Under the pieces are notes generated by a model. The model made no database searches, was not told the origin of the DNA, and saw only the letters and a program-made list of their open reading frames with translations. A DNA stretch of 64,000 bases. Source: an uncultured Pseudomonadota bacterium (GTDB taxonomy: Bacteria > Pseudomonadota > Alphaproteobacteria > Acetobacterales > Acetobacteraceae). The position numbers and the translations under genes were made by a program. Positions 1 through 9,204 of this stretch are shown here, piece after piece. The stretch spans positions 315,682-379,681 of the forward strand of contig CAWIZE010000006.1 in assembly GCA_963840545.1 (NCBI GenBank), read 5' to 3'. Position 1 is the first letter of the stretch. Each line of letters begins with the position of its first letter.

Positions 1-167
1 CTCCTCGGGGCGGCCTTTTTCGCGTCCAGGGCGCCGGCGGGAGATCGCAGGCATAGACGTTCCCTCCCGAGTTGCCGGCGCCCCGGGCTCCGTATGCCCA
101 TTCGTACGCCCAAGCGGCTATTTTCTCCGTCATCGCGTCAACGACTTCCTATAAGTCTTTGGAAATA

Positions 168-242
168 TGGTGCCGGGTGAGGGATTTGAACCCCCGGCCT
201 TCGGTTTACAAAACCGCTGCACTGCCACTGTGCTAACCCGGC
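168..242 (-). tRNA. tRNA-Thr (anticodon TGT)
   Basis: The reverse complement folds as a 75-nt cloverleaf. Acceptor GCCGGGT/ACCCGGC, D arm GCAC-AGTGGCA-GTGC, anticodon loop TTTGTAA, T arm GGGGG-TTCAAAT-CCCTC, encoded CCA end. Confidence 0.9.
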
Positions 243-452
243 CCGGCGCCTCTTTCCCCCTCCCGTTCCCGGTTGGCAACCGGTTTTCGCAGCGCCAGAG
301 GCCGCTCGGCGCCCAGGGAACGCGGCCGTGGCGGCGCATGACGGGGGTTTCATCACTGCGCCAGGGCAACGTTCACCCCCGAAGCCCCAGTTTAAAGCAT
401 GCCGAGGCGCCGCCGCGGCGGCGACCTCTCAAGCCCATGCAAGGAGACCACC

Positions 453-1994
453 ATGCCTCAACCGACCACGTCACACCGCCGAGGGGGCCGGGTGCTGCGC
501 GCCTCGCTCCTTGGGGTCCTGCTGGCCGGCACCGCGCTCGGCGGCTTCGCCGCCGGCCAGAGCGAGTTCGTCAGCCCCGCCCATGCGGCCAACACGGGTG
601 CGGCCAACACGGGGGCGGCCAACACGGGGGCGGCCAACACCGGTGCGGTGAGCACCGACACGGCCGGGCTGCCGAGCTTCGTCCCCCTGGTGGCCCGGGT
701 GAAACCCGCCGTCGTCTCGATCACCAACGACCTCCAGCCCCACCCGGCTGACATGCAGGGCCCGCCGCCGGGCATCTTCCCCTTCCCGATGCCTTTCGGC
801 ATGAGCCCGGGGCAGCCTCAGGCGGTCGAAGCGCGGGGCTCCGGCTTCATCGTCGCCGCCTCGGGGATCATCGTCACCAACAACCACGTCGTGAAGGACG
901 CGAAGGCCCTCACCGTGACCCTCGACGACGGCACCAAGCTGCCGGCGCGGCTGATCGGCACCGATCCGCGGACCGACCTCGCGGTGCTGAAGGTGGATGC
1001 CGGGCATCCGCTTCCGTTCGTTCGCCTGGGCAACTCCAACAGTGCCCAGCCGGGCGAGTGGGTGGTCGCCATGGGCAATCCCTTCGGCCTCGGCGGGACG
1101 GTGACCGCGGGGATCGTTTCGGCGCTCGGCCGCAATATCGGCGACGGCCCTTACGACCAGTTCATCCAGACGGACGCGCCGATCAACGAAGGCAACTCCG
1201 GCGGGCCGCTGTTCGATCTCAGCGGCCGGGTGATCGGCGTCAACTCGGCGATCATCTCGCCCTCGGGCGGCAGCGTCGGCATCGGCTTCGCCATCCCGTC
1301 GAACACCGTGCGCACCATCGTGGCGGAGCTCCGCAAGAGCGGCCACGTGACGCGCGGCTATCTCGGCGTCGAGGCGCAGCCGATCTCCCCGCCGATGCAG
1401 CAGGCCCTCCACCTGCCGAGCGCGGACGGCGCGCTGATCGCCTCGATCCAGCCCGGCACCCCGGCGGACCGCGCCGGCCTGCACCCGGGCGAGGTGATCA
1501 CCATGGTGGACGGCCAGACGGTGAAGAACCCGCGCGATCTCGCGATCGACATCGCCGCCATCAAGCCCGGCGAAAGCGCGCATCTCACGGTGCTCAACAA
1601 CGGCAGCACCGCCGCCATGACCGTAGCGCTGGCGAGCCTGCCGAACGACATGACGGCCGCCAGCACGAGGCCGACCCCGAGCCATGCGCAGCTCGGCCTG
1701 GCGCTCGAGCCGATGAGCCCGGAGGCGCAGAGCCAGCTCAACCTGCCGTCCGGCACCGAGGGCGCGGTGGTGGCGGAGGTCGCGCCGAACTCGCCGGCCG
1801 CGATCGCCGGCATCCAGCCCGGCGATGTGATCGTCGGCGTGGGCGAGGCGCCGGTCACGTCGGTCCACGAGGCGCTGAACGCGATCCACGACGCCGAGCA
1901 CAAAGGCGGCGCGGTCGCGCTCCGTGTCCTGCACAACGGCCAGACCGTGTTCGTCGCGATCAATCTCGGCAAGGGCGCCGGCAACCAGGGCTGA
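453..1994 (+). CDS. htrA: periplasmic serine endoprotease, DegP/HtrA family (trypsin-like domain plus two PDZ-like regions)
   Basis: ORF 399..1994 with AAGGAG 6 nt upstream of ATG 453. Catalytic contexts TNNHVV, DLAVLKV and GNSGGPLF. Two PDZ-like C-terminal segments and a signal-like hydrophobic N-terminus. Confidence 0.9.
   Translation: MPQPTTSHRRGGRVLRASLLGVLLAGTALGGFAAGQSEFVSPAHAANTGAANTGAANTGAANTGAVSTDTAGLPSFVPLVARVKPAVVSITNDLQPHPADMQGPPPGIFPFPMPFGMSPGQPQAVEARGSGFIVAASGIIVTNNHVVKDAKALTVTLDDGTKLPARLIGTDPRTDLAVLKVDAGHPLPFVRLGNSNSAQPGEWVVAMGNPFGLGGTVTAGIVSALGRNIGDGPYDQFIQTDAPINEGNSGGPLFDLSGRVIGVNSAIISPSGGSVGIGFAIPSNTVRTIVAELRKSGHVTRGYLGVEAQPISPPMQQALHLPSADGALIASIQPGTPADRAGLHPGEVITMVDGQTVKNPRDLAIDIAAIKPGESAHLTVLNNGSTAAMTVALASLPNDMTAASTRPTPSHAQLGLALEPMSPEAQSQLNLPSGTEGAVVAEVAPNSPAAIAGIQPGDVIVGVGEAPVTSVHEALNAIHDAEHKGGAVALRVLHNGQTVFVAINLGKGAGNQG
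585..644 (+). repeat. 4 x 15-bp in-frame tandem repeat (GCGGCCAACACSGGN) encoding (AANTG)x4 in the HtrA N-terminal linker
   Basis: Direct reading: gcggccaacacgggt gcggccaacacgggg gcggccaacacgggg gcggccaacaccggt. Confidence 0.9.
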
Positions 1995-2016
1995 GCGTGA
2001 TTGCCTGAGGCGGGAA

Positions 2017-2048
2017 GGAGAGCGTCGTCGCCGGCGGCGGCGCTCTCC
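2017..2048. terminator. candidate bidirectional hairpin between convergent htrA and polA
   Basis: GGAGAGCG (2017-2024) pairs with CGCTCTCC (2041-2048), with a GC-rich 16-nt loop. It lies in the 60-bp gap between two convergent stop codons. There is no clear U-tract. Confidence 0.35.
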
Positions 2049-2054
2049 CCCGCT

Positions 2055-4787
2055 TCAGTGCGCTTCGGCCCAGTTGCGGCCGATCCCGGTCTCGACCGCG
2101 AGCGGCACGCTGAGCTCGGCCGCCCGCTCCATCACGTCCGCGACGGTCTTCGCCGTCCCTTCCGCCTCGGCGGCCGGGGCCTCGAACAGCAGCTCGTCAT
2201 GGACCTGCAGCAGCATCTCGGCGCTGAGCCCCGCCCGGGTCAGCGCCGCCGGCATCCGCACCATCGCGCGCTTGATGATATCGGCCGCCCCGCCCTGCAG
2301 CGGCGCGTTGATCGCCGCCCGCTCCGCATAGGCGCGGCGGGCGGGGTTCTTGTCGCCGATCCCCTCGATGTAGCAGCGCCGGCCGAAGGGGGTGAGCACG
2401 AAGCCGTGCGCGCGCGCCTCCTGCTTCGCGCTCTCCATGTAAGCCCGGATCCCCGGGTAGCGGGCGAAGTAGGTGTCGATATAGGCCCGCGCCTCGGCCG
2501 GCCCGATGGCGAGCTGGCGGGCGAGGCCGAAGGGGCTGATGCCGTAGATGATGCCGAAATTGATCGCCTTCGCCCGCCGCCGGGTAAGCGGGTCCATCCC
2601 GGCGAGCGGCACGCCGAACACCTCCGAAGCGGTGCGGGCGTGGATATCCTCGCCGCTCGCGAAGGCTTCCTTCAGCGCCGCGATGTCCGCCACATGGGCG
2701 AGCAGCCGGAGCTCGATCTGCGAATAATCGGCGCTCACCAGGACCTGGCCCGGCTCGGCTATGAAGGCGCGGCGGATCCGCCCGCCCTCCTCGGTGCGGA
2801 TCGGGATGTTCTGCAGATTGGGGTCGGTCGAGGCGAGCCGGCCGGTCGAGGTGCCGGCCATGACGAAGCTCGTATGCACCCGCCCGGTCTCTTGGTTGAT
2901 CTCGCCCACCAGCGCATCGGTGTAGGTCGATCTGATCTTCTGGAGCTGCCGCCATTCGAGCACCCGCGCCGGCAGCTCCGCGCCCTGCTCGGCGAGTGCC
3001 GCGAGCACGCTCGCATCGGTGCCCCAGGCGCCCGTCTTCATCCGCCGCCCGCCGCTGAGCCCCATCTCGTCGAACAGCACCTCGCCGAGCTGCTTGCCGG
3101 AGCCGACATTGAAGCTGCGTCCCGCGGCGCGGTGGATGTCGGCCTCGATCGCGGCCATGCGCTCGCTGAGCTCGACCGAGATGCGCGAGAGCTCGGCTGC
3201 ATCCACCTTCACGCCGGCGCGCTCCATCGCCGCCAGCACGGCGATCAGCCGCCGCTCGATCTGCTCGTAGAGGGCGAGCGCATGGGCCGCGCGCAGGCCG
3301 GGCCGCAGCGCCTGCCAGAGCCGGAGCGTCACGTCGGCGTCCTCCGCGGCATAGGACGTCGCCCGCTCGAGCGGCACGGCGGCGAAGCCGATGCGCGCGC
3401 GGCCGGTGCCGGTGACCTCGTCGTAGGTGATCGGCGCGTGGCCGAGATGGAGGCGCGAGAGCTCGTCCATCCCGTGGCCGTGCCGTCCGCCCTCCTGGCT
3501 GTAGGAGATCACCATGGTGTCGTCGATCGGGCCCACCGTCGGCGCGCCGGCGCGGGCGAGCACGTGGAGGTCGAACTTGGCGTTCTGGAGAATTTTCAAC
3601 ACCGCGGGGTCGGCGAGCAGGGGCGCGAGGGCGGCGATGGCGTCGGCGGGCGCCATCTGCTCGCCGGCGCCCTGATGGCGGAGCGGCACGTAGCAGGCGC
3701 GCCCCGCCGCGCTCGCCAGCGAGAAGCCGACCAGGTTGGCGGTGAGTGCCGCGAGCGAATCGGTCTCGGTATCGACCGCGACCACCCCCTTCTCGCGCGC
3801 CTCGGCGATCCAGCCCGCCAGCGCGGCGCGGTTCGTGACCGTCTCGTAGGGCCCGAAGGCGGGCGCCTGCGCCCGCTCGGCGCCGAGCGCTTCCGCCGCA
3901 CCCGCCTGCGGCCCCTGCTCGAGCCCCAGCCGGTGCATGACGCTGCGAAAGCCCTGGGCGGCGAGCCAGGCGGCGAGCCTCGCGGGCTCGGGCGGACGCA
4001 CGCCGAGGGCCGCGAGCGGCAGCGGCAGCGGCGCATCCGCGGCGAGCGTCACCAGCCGGCGGGAGAGGCGGGCATCCTCGGCATGCGCAAGCAGGGCGTC
4101 CCGCCGCTTCGAGGGCGGCATGGCGGGCGCGGCCCTGAGCACGCCCTCGAGGTCGCCGAAGGCGCGCACCAGCTCGCCCGCGGTCTTCGGGCCGATCCCC
4201 GGCACACCCGGCACGTTGTCGGTCGGATCGCCCATCAGCGCCTGCACCTCGATCACCTTCTCCGGCGGCACGCCGAAGCGCAGGGCGACCTCCGCCGGCC
4301 CGATCGGGCGCTGCTTGATCGGGTCGAGCATCGTGACCTCGGGACCGACCAGCTGCATCAGGTCCTTGTCGGAGGAGACGATCGTCACCGCCCCGCCTTC
4401 CCGCCGCGCCGCAGCGGCGTAGGACGCGATCAGGTCGTCGGCCTCCCAGTCGGCGAGCTCGATCGCCGGCACGCCGAAGGCCTCCGTCGCCTCGCGCACC
4501 AGCGGGAACTGCGGCACCAGCTCGGGCGGCGGCGGCGGCCGGTGCGCCTTGTAGGACGGTGCGAGGCGGTTGCGGAAGGTCTCGCGGCCGGCATCGAAGA
4601 TCACCGCGAGATGCGAGCCGGTGTGCTCCTTGAGCAGCTTGGCCAGCATGTTGGTGAAGCCGAGCACGGCATTGACCGGCGTTCCGTCCGGGCGGGTGAG
4701 GGGAGGGAGCGCGTGGAAGGCCCGGAAAAGGAACCCCGATCCGTCGACCAGGACGAGGTGCGGCGGCTCAGGTTTCGCCCCGGCCAC
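2055..4787 (-). CDS. polA: DNA polymerase I
   Basis: 910-aa ORF with a GTG start. The N-terminal 5'-3' exonuclease signature is LVLVDGSGFLFRAFHALPPL. A 3'-5' exonuclease region and a family-A polymerase C-terminus (SADYSQIELRLLAH, QVHDELLFE) follow. Confidence 0.97.
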   Translation of the reverse strand: MAGAKPEPPHLVLVDGSGFLFRAFHALPPLTRPDGTPVNAVLGFTNMLAKLLKEHTGSHLAVIFDAGRETFRNRLAPSYKAHRPPPPPELVPQFPLVREATEAFGVPAIELADWEADDLIASYAAAARREGGAVTIVSSDKDLMQLVGPEVTMLDPIKQRPIGPAEVALRFGVPPEKVIEVQALMGDPTDNVPGVPGIGPKTAGELVRAFGDLEGVLRAAPAMPPSKRRDALLAHAEDARLSRRLVTLAADAPLPLPLAALGVRPPEPARLAAWLAAQGFRSVMHRLGLEQGPQAGAAEALGAERAQAPAFGPYETVTNRAALAGWIAEAREKGVVAVDTETDSLAALTANLVGFSLASAAGRACYVPLRHQGAGEQMAPADAIAALAPLLADPAVLKILQNAKFDLHVLARAGAPTVGPIDDTMVISYSQEGGRHGHGMDELSRLHLGHAPITYDEVTGTGRARIGFAAVPLERATSYAAEDADVTLRLWQALRPGLRAAHALALYEQIERRLIAVLAAMERAGVKVDAAELSRISVELSERMAAIEADIHRAAGRSFNVGSGKQLGEVLFDEMGLSGGRRMKTGAWGTDASVLAALAEQGAELPARVLEWRQLQKIRSTYTDALVGEINQETGRVHTSFVMAGTSTGRLASTDPNLQNIPIRTEEGGRIRRAFIAEPGQVLVSADYSQIELRLLAHVADIAALKEAFASGEDIHARTASEVFGVPLAGMDPLTRRRAKAINFGIIYGISPFGLARQLAIGPAEARAYIDTYFARYPGIRAYMESAKQEARAHGFVLTPFGRRCYIEGIGDKNPARRAYAERAAINAPLQGGAADIIKRAMVRMPAALTRAGLSAEMLLQVHDELLFEAPAAEAEGTAKTVADVMERAAELSVPLAVETGIGRNWAEAH

Positions 4788-4793
4788 GTCCGC

Positions 4794-4985
4794 TCAGTGC
4801 CCTTGGGCCGGAGTCGCCCCCGCTTGGAGGAGGAAGAGGCGCGAGCAATAGGGGCAGACGGCCTTGCCCTCGACGAGGTGGAGGTAGACCCGCGGATGGC
4901 CGAGCGGCTCCTCCCCGCCGTCGCAGGCGGCGACCTCCGTGGTCACGGAAATGATCTCCGGGGGGATGGCGGCGCCGTCCGGCAT
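4794..4985 (-). CDS. zinc-finger (zf-CHCC type) domain protein
   Basis: The internal Met (MPDGAAIPPE...) gives 63 aa. Motif CDGG..PLGHPRVYL......CPYCSRLF. The stop lies 6 nt upstream of the polA start, a common alphaproteobacterial pairing. Confidence 0.7.
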   Translation of the reverse strand: MPDGAAIPPEIISVTTEVAACDGGEEPLGHPRVYLHLVEGKAVCPYCSRLFLLQAGATPAQGH

Positions 4986-5115
4986 CGTGTCCTCTGGGGC
5001 CTCGAATGGAAGGCCGAATGTGAGGCATGCGGGCGGTGCGTGCAACTCGCCCCCTTGGGCGCTCCCTGAGGCGGGCGGGCGGTCCGCGCCGATCTCGCGG
5101 CGCGGGGTGGTGCTG

Positions 5116-6102
5116 ATGGGAACGCTGATGGCCGGGGGTCTGGGCCTTGCCGGCTGTGCTGCGCACCTGGTGCCGGCGGGTCCTGTGGTGAGGCCGCCTG
5201 CGCTCGGCCGCGACGCCTTCGTGATGGCGGACGGCGCCCGGCTGCCCTACCGAACCTGGATCCCCGCCGGGCCGGCGCGGGCGGCGCTGCTCGCCCTGCA
5301 CGGCTTCAACGACAGCCGCGACGCCTTCGCCATCGCCGCCCCCCTCTTCGCGGCGACCGGGATCGCCGTCTTCGCGCCCGACCAGCGCGGCTTCGGCGCC
5401 GCGCCCGGGCGGGGCTACTGGCCGGGCACCGCGACGCTGGTGGACGACGCGCGCACGATGGCCGGGCTGCTGCTCGCGCGATATCCCGCCCTGCCGCTCT
5501 ATCTGCTCGGCGAGAGCCTGGGGGGCGCGGTGCTGATGCTGCTCGGGGCCGAGCCGCACCCGCCGCCCGTGGCGGGCTATATCCTCGCCGCCCCGGCCGT
5601 CTGGGCGCGGGCGGACATGAGCCTCGTCTTCCGGAGCACCCTCTGGCTCACCTGGAAGCTGGTGCCCGGGCTCACCCTCTCGGGCGCGGGGCTGGTCAAG
5701 GCTTCGGACAACCGGGCCGCGCTCGAGGCCCTGGGCGAGGATCCGCTGACCATCCTCGACACCCGCATCGACACGATCCACGGGCTCGTGAACCTGATGA
5801 GCCAGGCGATGGACGCGGCGCCGCGGTTCCGCGGCCCGGCGCTGATCCTCTATGGGGCGCACGACCAGCTCGTGCCCAAGCGGGCGATGGCGGCGATGTG
5901 GCGCTCGCTCCCCCGGGGTTCGCTGATCGGGGGCGCGCCGATCCGGCTCGCCTACTACGCGCGGGGCTATCATCTCCTGCTCCGGGACCTCGATCGGGGC
6001 CTCCCGATCGGCGATATCGTCGCCTGGATCCGCGATCCGCACGCCCCGCTCCCCTCCGGCGCGGACCGCGCCGCCCGGGCGTGGCTTGCCCGGCAGCGCT
6101 GA
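5116..6102 (+). CDS. alpha/beta hydrolase (lysophospholipase/monoglyceride-lipase-like), probable lipoprotein
   Basis: HGFNDSRDAF and the nucleophile elbow GESLGG. Lipobox-like LGLAGC follows Met at 5116. The upstream part of ORF 4939.. overlaps the zf gene and is unlikely to be coding. Confidence 0.75.
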   Translation: MGTLMAGGLGLAGCAAHLVPAGPVVRPPALGRDAFVMADGARLPYRTWIPAGPARAALLALHGFNDSRDAFAIAAPLFAATGIAVFAPDQRGFGAAPGRGYWPGTATLVDDARTMAGLLLARYPALPLYLLGESLGGAVLMLLGAEPHPPPVAGYILAAPAVWARADMSLVFRSTLWLTWKLVPGLTLSGAGLVKASDNRAALEALGEDPLTILDTRIDTIHGLVNLMSQAMDAAPRFRGPALILYGAHDQLVPKRAMAAMWRSLPRGSLIGGAPIRLAYYARGYHLLLRDLDRGLPIGDIVAWIRDPHAPLPSGADRAARAWLARQR

Positions 6103-6133
6103 CGGGGAGTAAGGGGAGTAAGGACAGGCTCAG

Positions 6134-6210
6134 GGACCCGTAGCTCAGCTGGATAGAGCGTCGCCCTCCGAAGGCGAAGGTCGCACGTTCGAATCGTGTC
6201 GGGTCCGCCA
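6134..6210 (+). tRNA. tRNA-Arg (anticodon CCG)
   Basis: 77-nt cloverleaf. Acceptor GGACCCG/CGGGTCC, D arm GCTC-AGCTGGATA-GAGC, anticodon arm TCGCC-CTCCGAA-GGCGA, T arm GCACG-TTCGAAT-CGTGT, encoded CCA. Confidence 0.92.
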
Positions 6211-6485
6211 TCTTTTCAATACGTTACGGCCGATCGGCGAGCGGGTATCCAGACGTGGATACCCCATGGCAACCCCGCGAACAGATTTCGCCCGGCCGCC
6301 CGGCTGCCGTCACGGCATCGCGAGCGCCATTTCGGTCTTGGGATCGGGCGCGCGCGTGAGGGCGGCGGATCGGGCGCGTCCACGCTCGCCAGGACCGGCG
6401 CACGGCAGTGAGCCGCCCCGCCCCGCCCCGCCCCGCCGCCGGCATCGTCACCCGATCAGCCGATCCCGCCCGCCCGCGATCCGCT

Positions 6486-6707
6486 CTAGCCGCGCCAGAA
6501 CGGCCTGCCGTGCTCGAAAGACGCCTGGGCGCGGCTGATCCCGATATCCTTGAGCCCCGCATCGTCGAGTGCAAGCAGCGCCCGGCGCTCGCGCTCGCGC
6601 TTCGCCCACGCGGCCAGCTGCGCCTTCACTCCCCTGAACGCGCCAACCGCCACCCGCACCGGCCGCGGCGCCGGCACCGAACCCTGCACGATCACGATCT
6701 GGTTCAT
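6486..6707 (-). CDS. DUF1127 domain-containing small protein
   Basis: The internal Met gives the 73-aa product MNQIVIV... The C-terminal RRALLALDDAGLKDIGISRAQA is the typical DUF1127 signature. Confidence 0.65.
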   Translation of the reverse strand: MNQIVIVQGSVPAPRPVRVAVGAFRGVKAQLAAWAKRERERRALLALDDAGLKDIGISRAQASFEHGRPFWRG

Positions 6708-6861
6708 CGTCGTCCTCCTCACATGAACGCTGGCGGCTTCATGTCGCCTCGCCCCCCGCGCAATCTCATCTCTTCCCCGCATTTGGGCGCAGTTTTTCCT
6801 CCTCACAATCGAATTCTCGTCATATAATCTGTGATGAAAAATCACGCGAACCGGAGCACCC

Positions 6862-7755
6862 ATGCCGCGCAGGCTGCCGCCGCTCAACGCGCTGCCCGAT
6901 TTCGAGGCCGCCGCCCGCCATCTCAGCTTCACCAAGGCGGCGGCGGAGCTGCACGTCACCCATGGCGCCGTGAGCCGGCAGGTGAAATCGCTCGAGGATT
7001 ATCTCGGCCTGCCCCTGTTCCGCCGCCTCAATCGCGCGCTCCGGCTGACCGACGCGGGGCAGGACTATGCGCGCAGCGTGCGCGCGCTCCTCGAGGCGCT
7101 CGCCTTATCGACAGAGCGCCTGCGCGCGCCGAAAGACTCGAGCGGCCTCACCGTCAGCACGACCTATTCCTTCACCAGCGGCTGGCTGGTCCCCCGGCTC
7201 GGGCGCTTCCGCGCGCTCCATCCGGATATCGACGTGCGGCTACAGGCGAACGACCAGCTCGTCGATTTCGCCCGCGACAGCGTCGATCTCGCGATCCGTT
7301 ACGGACGCGGCCCTTATCCCGGCCTCGCCGTCGAGCGCATCCTGGGCGACGATTACATGCCGGTCGCGAGCCCCGCCCTCCTGCAAGGCGCGCATCCGCT
7401 CAGGCAACCCGCGGATCTCCGCCACCACGTCCTGCTCCACGAGGAAGGCAACGAAGTGGATTGGCGCATCTGGCTGACGGCCGCCGGCGTCGCGGGCGTC
7501 GATGCCGCGCGCGGGCCGATCTTCAGCCACACGGCCATGGCGATCCAGGCGGCCATCCGCGGCGAGGGCGTCGCCCTCGGCCGCACCGCGCTCATCGCCG
7601 AAGAGCTCGCCTCCGGCCAGCTCGTCCGCCTGTTCGACCTCAAGCTCGAGGCGGCGATGGCCTACTCCATCGTCTGCCCGCCGCGCGCGCTCGCAGAGCC
7701 CAAGGTCCGCGCCTTCCGCGACTGGCTCCTCTCCGAAGCGCCCCGCACAAGCTGA
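6862..7755 (+). CDS. LysR-family transcriptional regulator (GcvA/AmpR-like)
   Basis: N-terminal wHTH LNALPDFEAAARHLSFTKAAAELHVTHGAVSRQVKSLE plus a LysR substrate-binding C-terminus. Confidence 0.88.
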   Translation: MPRRLPPLNALPDFEAAARHLSFTKAAAELHVTHGAVSRQVKSLEDYLGLPLFRRLNRALRLTDAGQDYARSVRALLEALALSTERLRAPKDSSGLTVSTTYSFTSGWLVPRLGRFRALHPDIDVRLQANDQLVDFARDSVDLAIRYGRGPYPGLAVERILGDDYMPVASPALLQGAHPLRQPADLRHHVLLHEEGNEVDWRIWLTAAGVAGVDAARGPIFSHTAMAIQAAIRGEGVALGRTALIAEELASGQLVRLFDLKLEAAMAYSIVCPPRALAEPKVRAFRDWLLSEAPRTS

Positions 7756-7764
7756 GCCCCCGCC

Positions 7765-9054
7765 CTAGTTATCCGTCCGGCCGTCCCCGCCCCCGCCCGC
7801 GCCCGCCTTCAATTCCGGAACCGCAACATAAACCCAGGCCCAGTTGCCGAGGAACATGATCGCAGTGACGACGAACACCCAGCGCAGGCCGAGCACGGCC
7901 GCGATCCCGCCGCCGGTGATCGGCCCGAGCGAATTGCCGAGGAAAGTGGCCGAAGCGGTCAAACCGAACACCGTTCCGCGCTGCTCCCGCGCGACCAGCC
8001 GCCCGACCAGCGCATTGGCGGTCGGCAGCAGCCCGCCGACGAAGCAGCCGACGCCGAACCGCTCGAGCACGAAGGCCCAATAGCTGCCGACGAAGGCCTG
8101 CGGCAGCGTCGTCAGCGTCGCCCCCATCAGGCAGATCAGCAGCACGCGCCGATAGCCGATGATATCGCTGCGCTTGCCGAGGAACGGCGAGGCGACGACA
8201 TCGGCCAGCCCCGTGACCGAGAACGCGGCGCCGGCGAGCGTCGCCAGCGCCGGCACATTGCCGATCAGCGCCTGGACGAAGAGCGTCACCACGGGCTGCA
8301 CCGTCTGCACGCCGAACTGCGCCAGCAGCAGCACGAGGAAAAGCGCCACCAGGGCAGGGGAGCGGGTGAGGATCTGCGCCATCCCGCGAAGCGAGCGGCG
8401 GCCCGCGCTCGGCCGCGGCGGCGTGAACGATTCGCGGACGTAACGCCACACCAGCAGCAGCCCGATCGCCGTGATCGCCGCGGTGGCGTAGAACGGCACC
8501 CGGTCGCTGTCGGTCGCGTCCGCGAGCAGCCCGCCGACCACCGGCCCGACCAGGCTGCCGACCAGCTGGCCCGTGCTGAGCCAGCCGAGCGCGTAGCCCA
8601 GCCGCCGTTCCGGAACCTGGCTCGCCACCAGCGCGATCGCGGTCGCGGAGAAGCCGGCGAAGGCGCCCATCAGCACGCGGCAGGCGAACACCTCCCAGAC
8701 ATTGCGGGAGACCCCCATGAGGCCGCAGAAGACCCCGATGGCGAAGGCCGAGCGCAGCAGCATCACCTTCCGCCCCTTGCGGTCCGCGAGCCGGCCCCAG
8801 AACGGCGAGGCGAAGGCGGCGACGAAGGAGGTCGTGCCCGCGAGCACGCCGGACCAGAGATCGATCGCGCCCGGGTCCCGCACGCCGAGCTCCGGCAGGA
8901 AGAGCGGCATGATCGGCGTCAGGATCGTGAACGACATCGTCATCACGAACTGGATGCCGACCATCCACCACATGGTGGATTGCCAGTAGGGGGACGCCTC
9001 GCCGTCCGCGGCAGCCGGCTTCGCTCCCGGTATGCCTGCTTGCCCGTCATTCAT
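7765..9054 (-). CDS. MFS transporter (drug:H+ antiporter-like)
   Basis: About 12 predicted TM segments. MFS loop motif GRLADRKGRK. Start chosen at MNDGQAG (9054); the upstream Arg/Gly-rich extension is implausible. Confidence 0.8.
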   Translation of the reverse strand: MNDGQAGIPGAKPAAADGEASPYWQSTMWWMVGIQFVMTMSFTILTPIMPLFLPELGVRDPGAIDLWSGVLAGTTSFVAAFASPFWGRLADRKGRKVMLLRSAFAIGVFCGLMGVSRNVWEVFACRVLMGAFAGFSATAIALVASQVPERRLGYALGWLSTGQLVGSLVGPVVGGLLADATDSDRVPFYATAAITAIGLLLVWRYVRESFTPPRPSAGRRSLRGMAQILTRSPALVALFLVLLLAQFGVQTVQPVVTLFVQALIGNVPALATLAGAAFSVTGLADVVASPFLGKRSDIIGYRRVLLICLMGATLTTLPQAFVGSYWAFVLERFGVGCFVGGLLPTANALVGRLVAREQRGTVFGLTASATFLGNSLGPITGGGIAAVLGLRWVFVVTAIMFLGNWAWVYVAVPELKAGAGGGGDGRTDN

Positions 9055-9204
9055 CGCACCGGATGATCCTCGCCGCGTCCTCCCGGCAGTTTCGGTCCTC
9101 CGCCGGCGATGTAAACCCGCGGACCGGCGACGCCGGCCCGCCCTTGACCCCCATCCCCGCCCGCCGCAGGTTGCGCGAACGGCTAAAAAAAGGGGGGAGC
9201 CCAA

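Noticed and set aside
1-130. Possible 5' end of a minus-strand gene (ATG at 130, MTEKIAAWAYEW...) running off the window
   Set aside because: Only about 43 codons are visible, with no recognisable motif. That is too little to call.
585-648. Short regularly spaced repeats considered as a possible CRISPR array
   Set aside because: The repeats are contiguous 15-bp units with no spacers, inside a coding frame. No CRISPR-like array or cas gene occurs anywhere in the window.
471-1934. 487-aa minus-strand ORF
   Set aside because: It is antisense to htrA and has Arg/Asp/Gly-rich composition with no motifs.
2001-5069. 1022-aa plus-strand ORF
   Set aside because: It lies entirely antisense to polA, which has unambiguous family-A polymerase motifs. 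The ORF is Arg/Gly/Ala/Pro-rich low-complexity sequence typical of GC-driven shadow ORFs.
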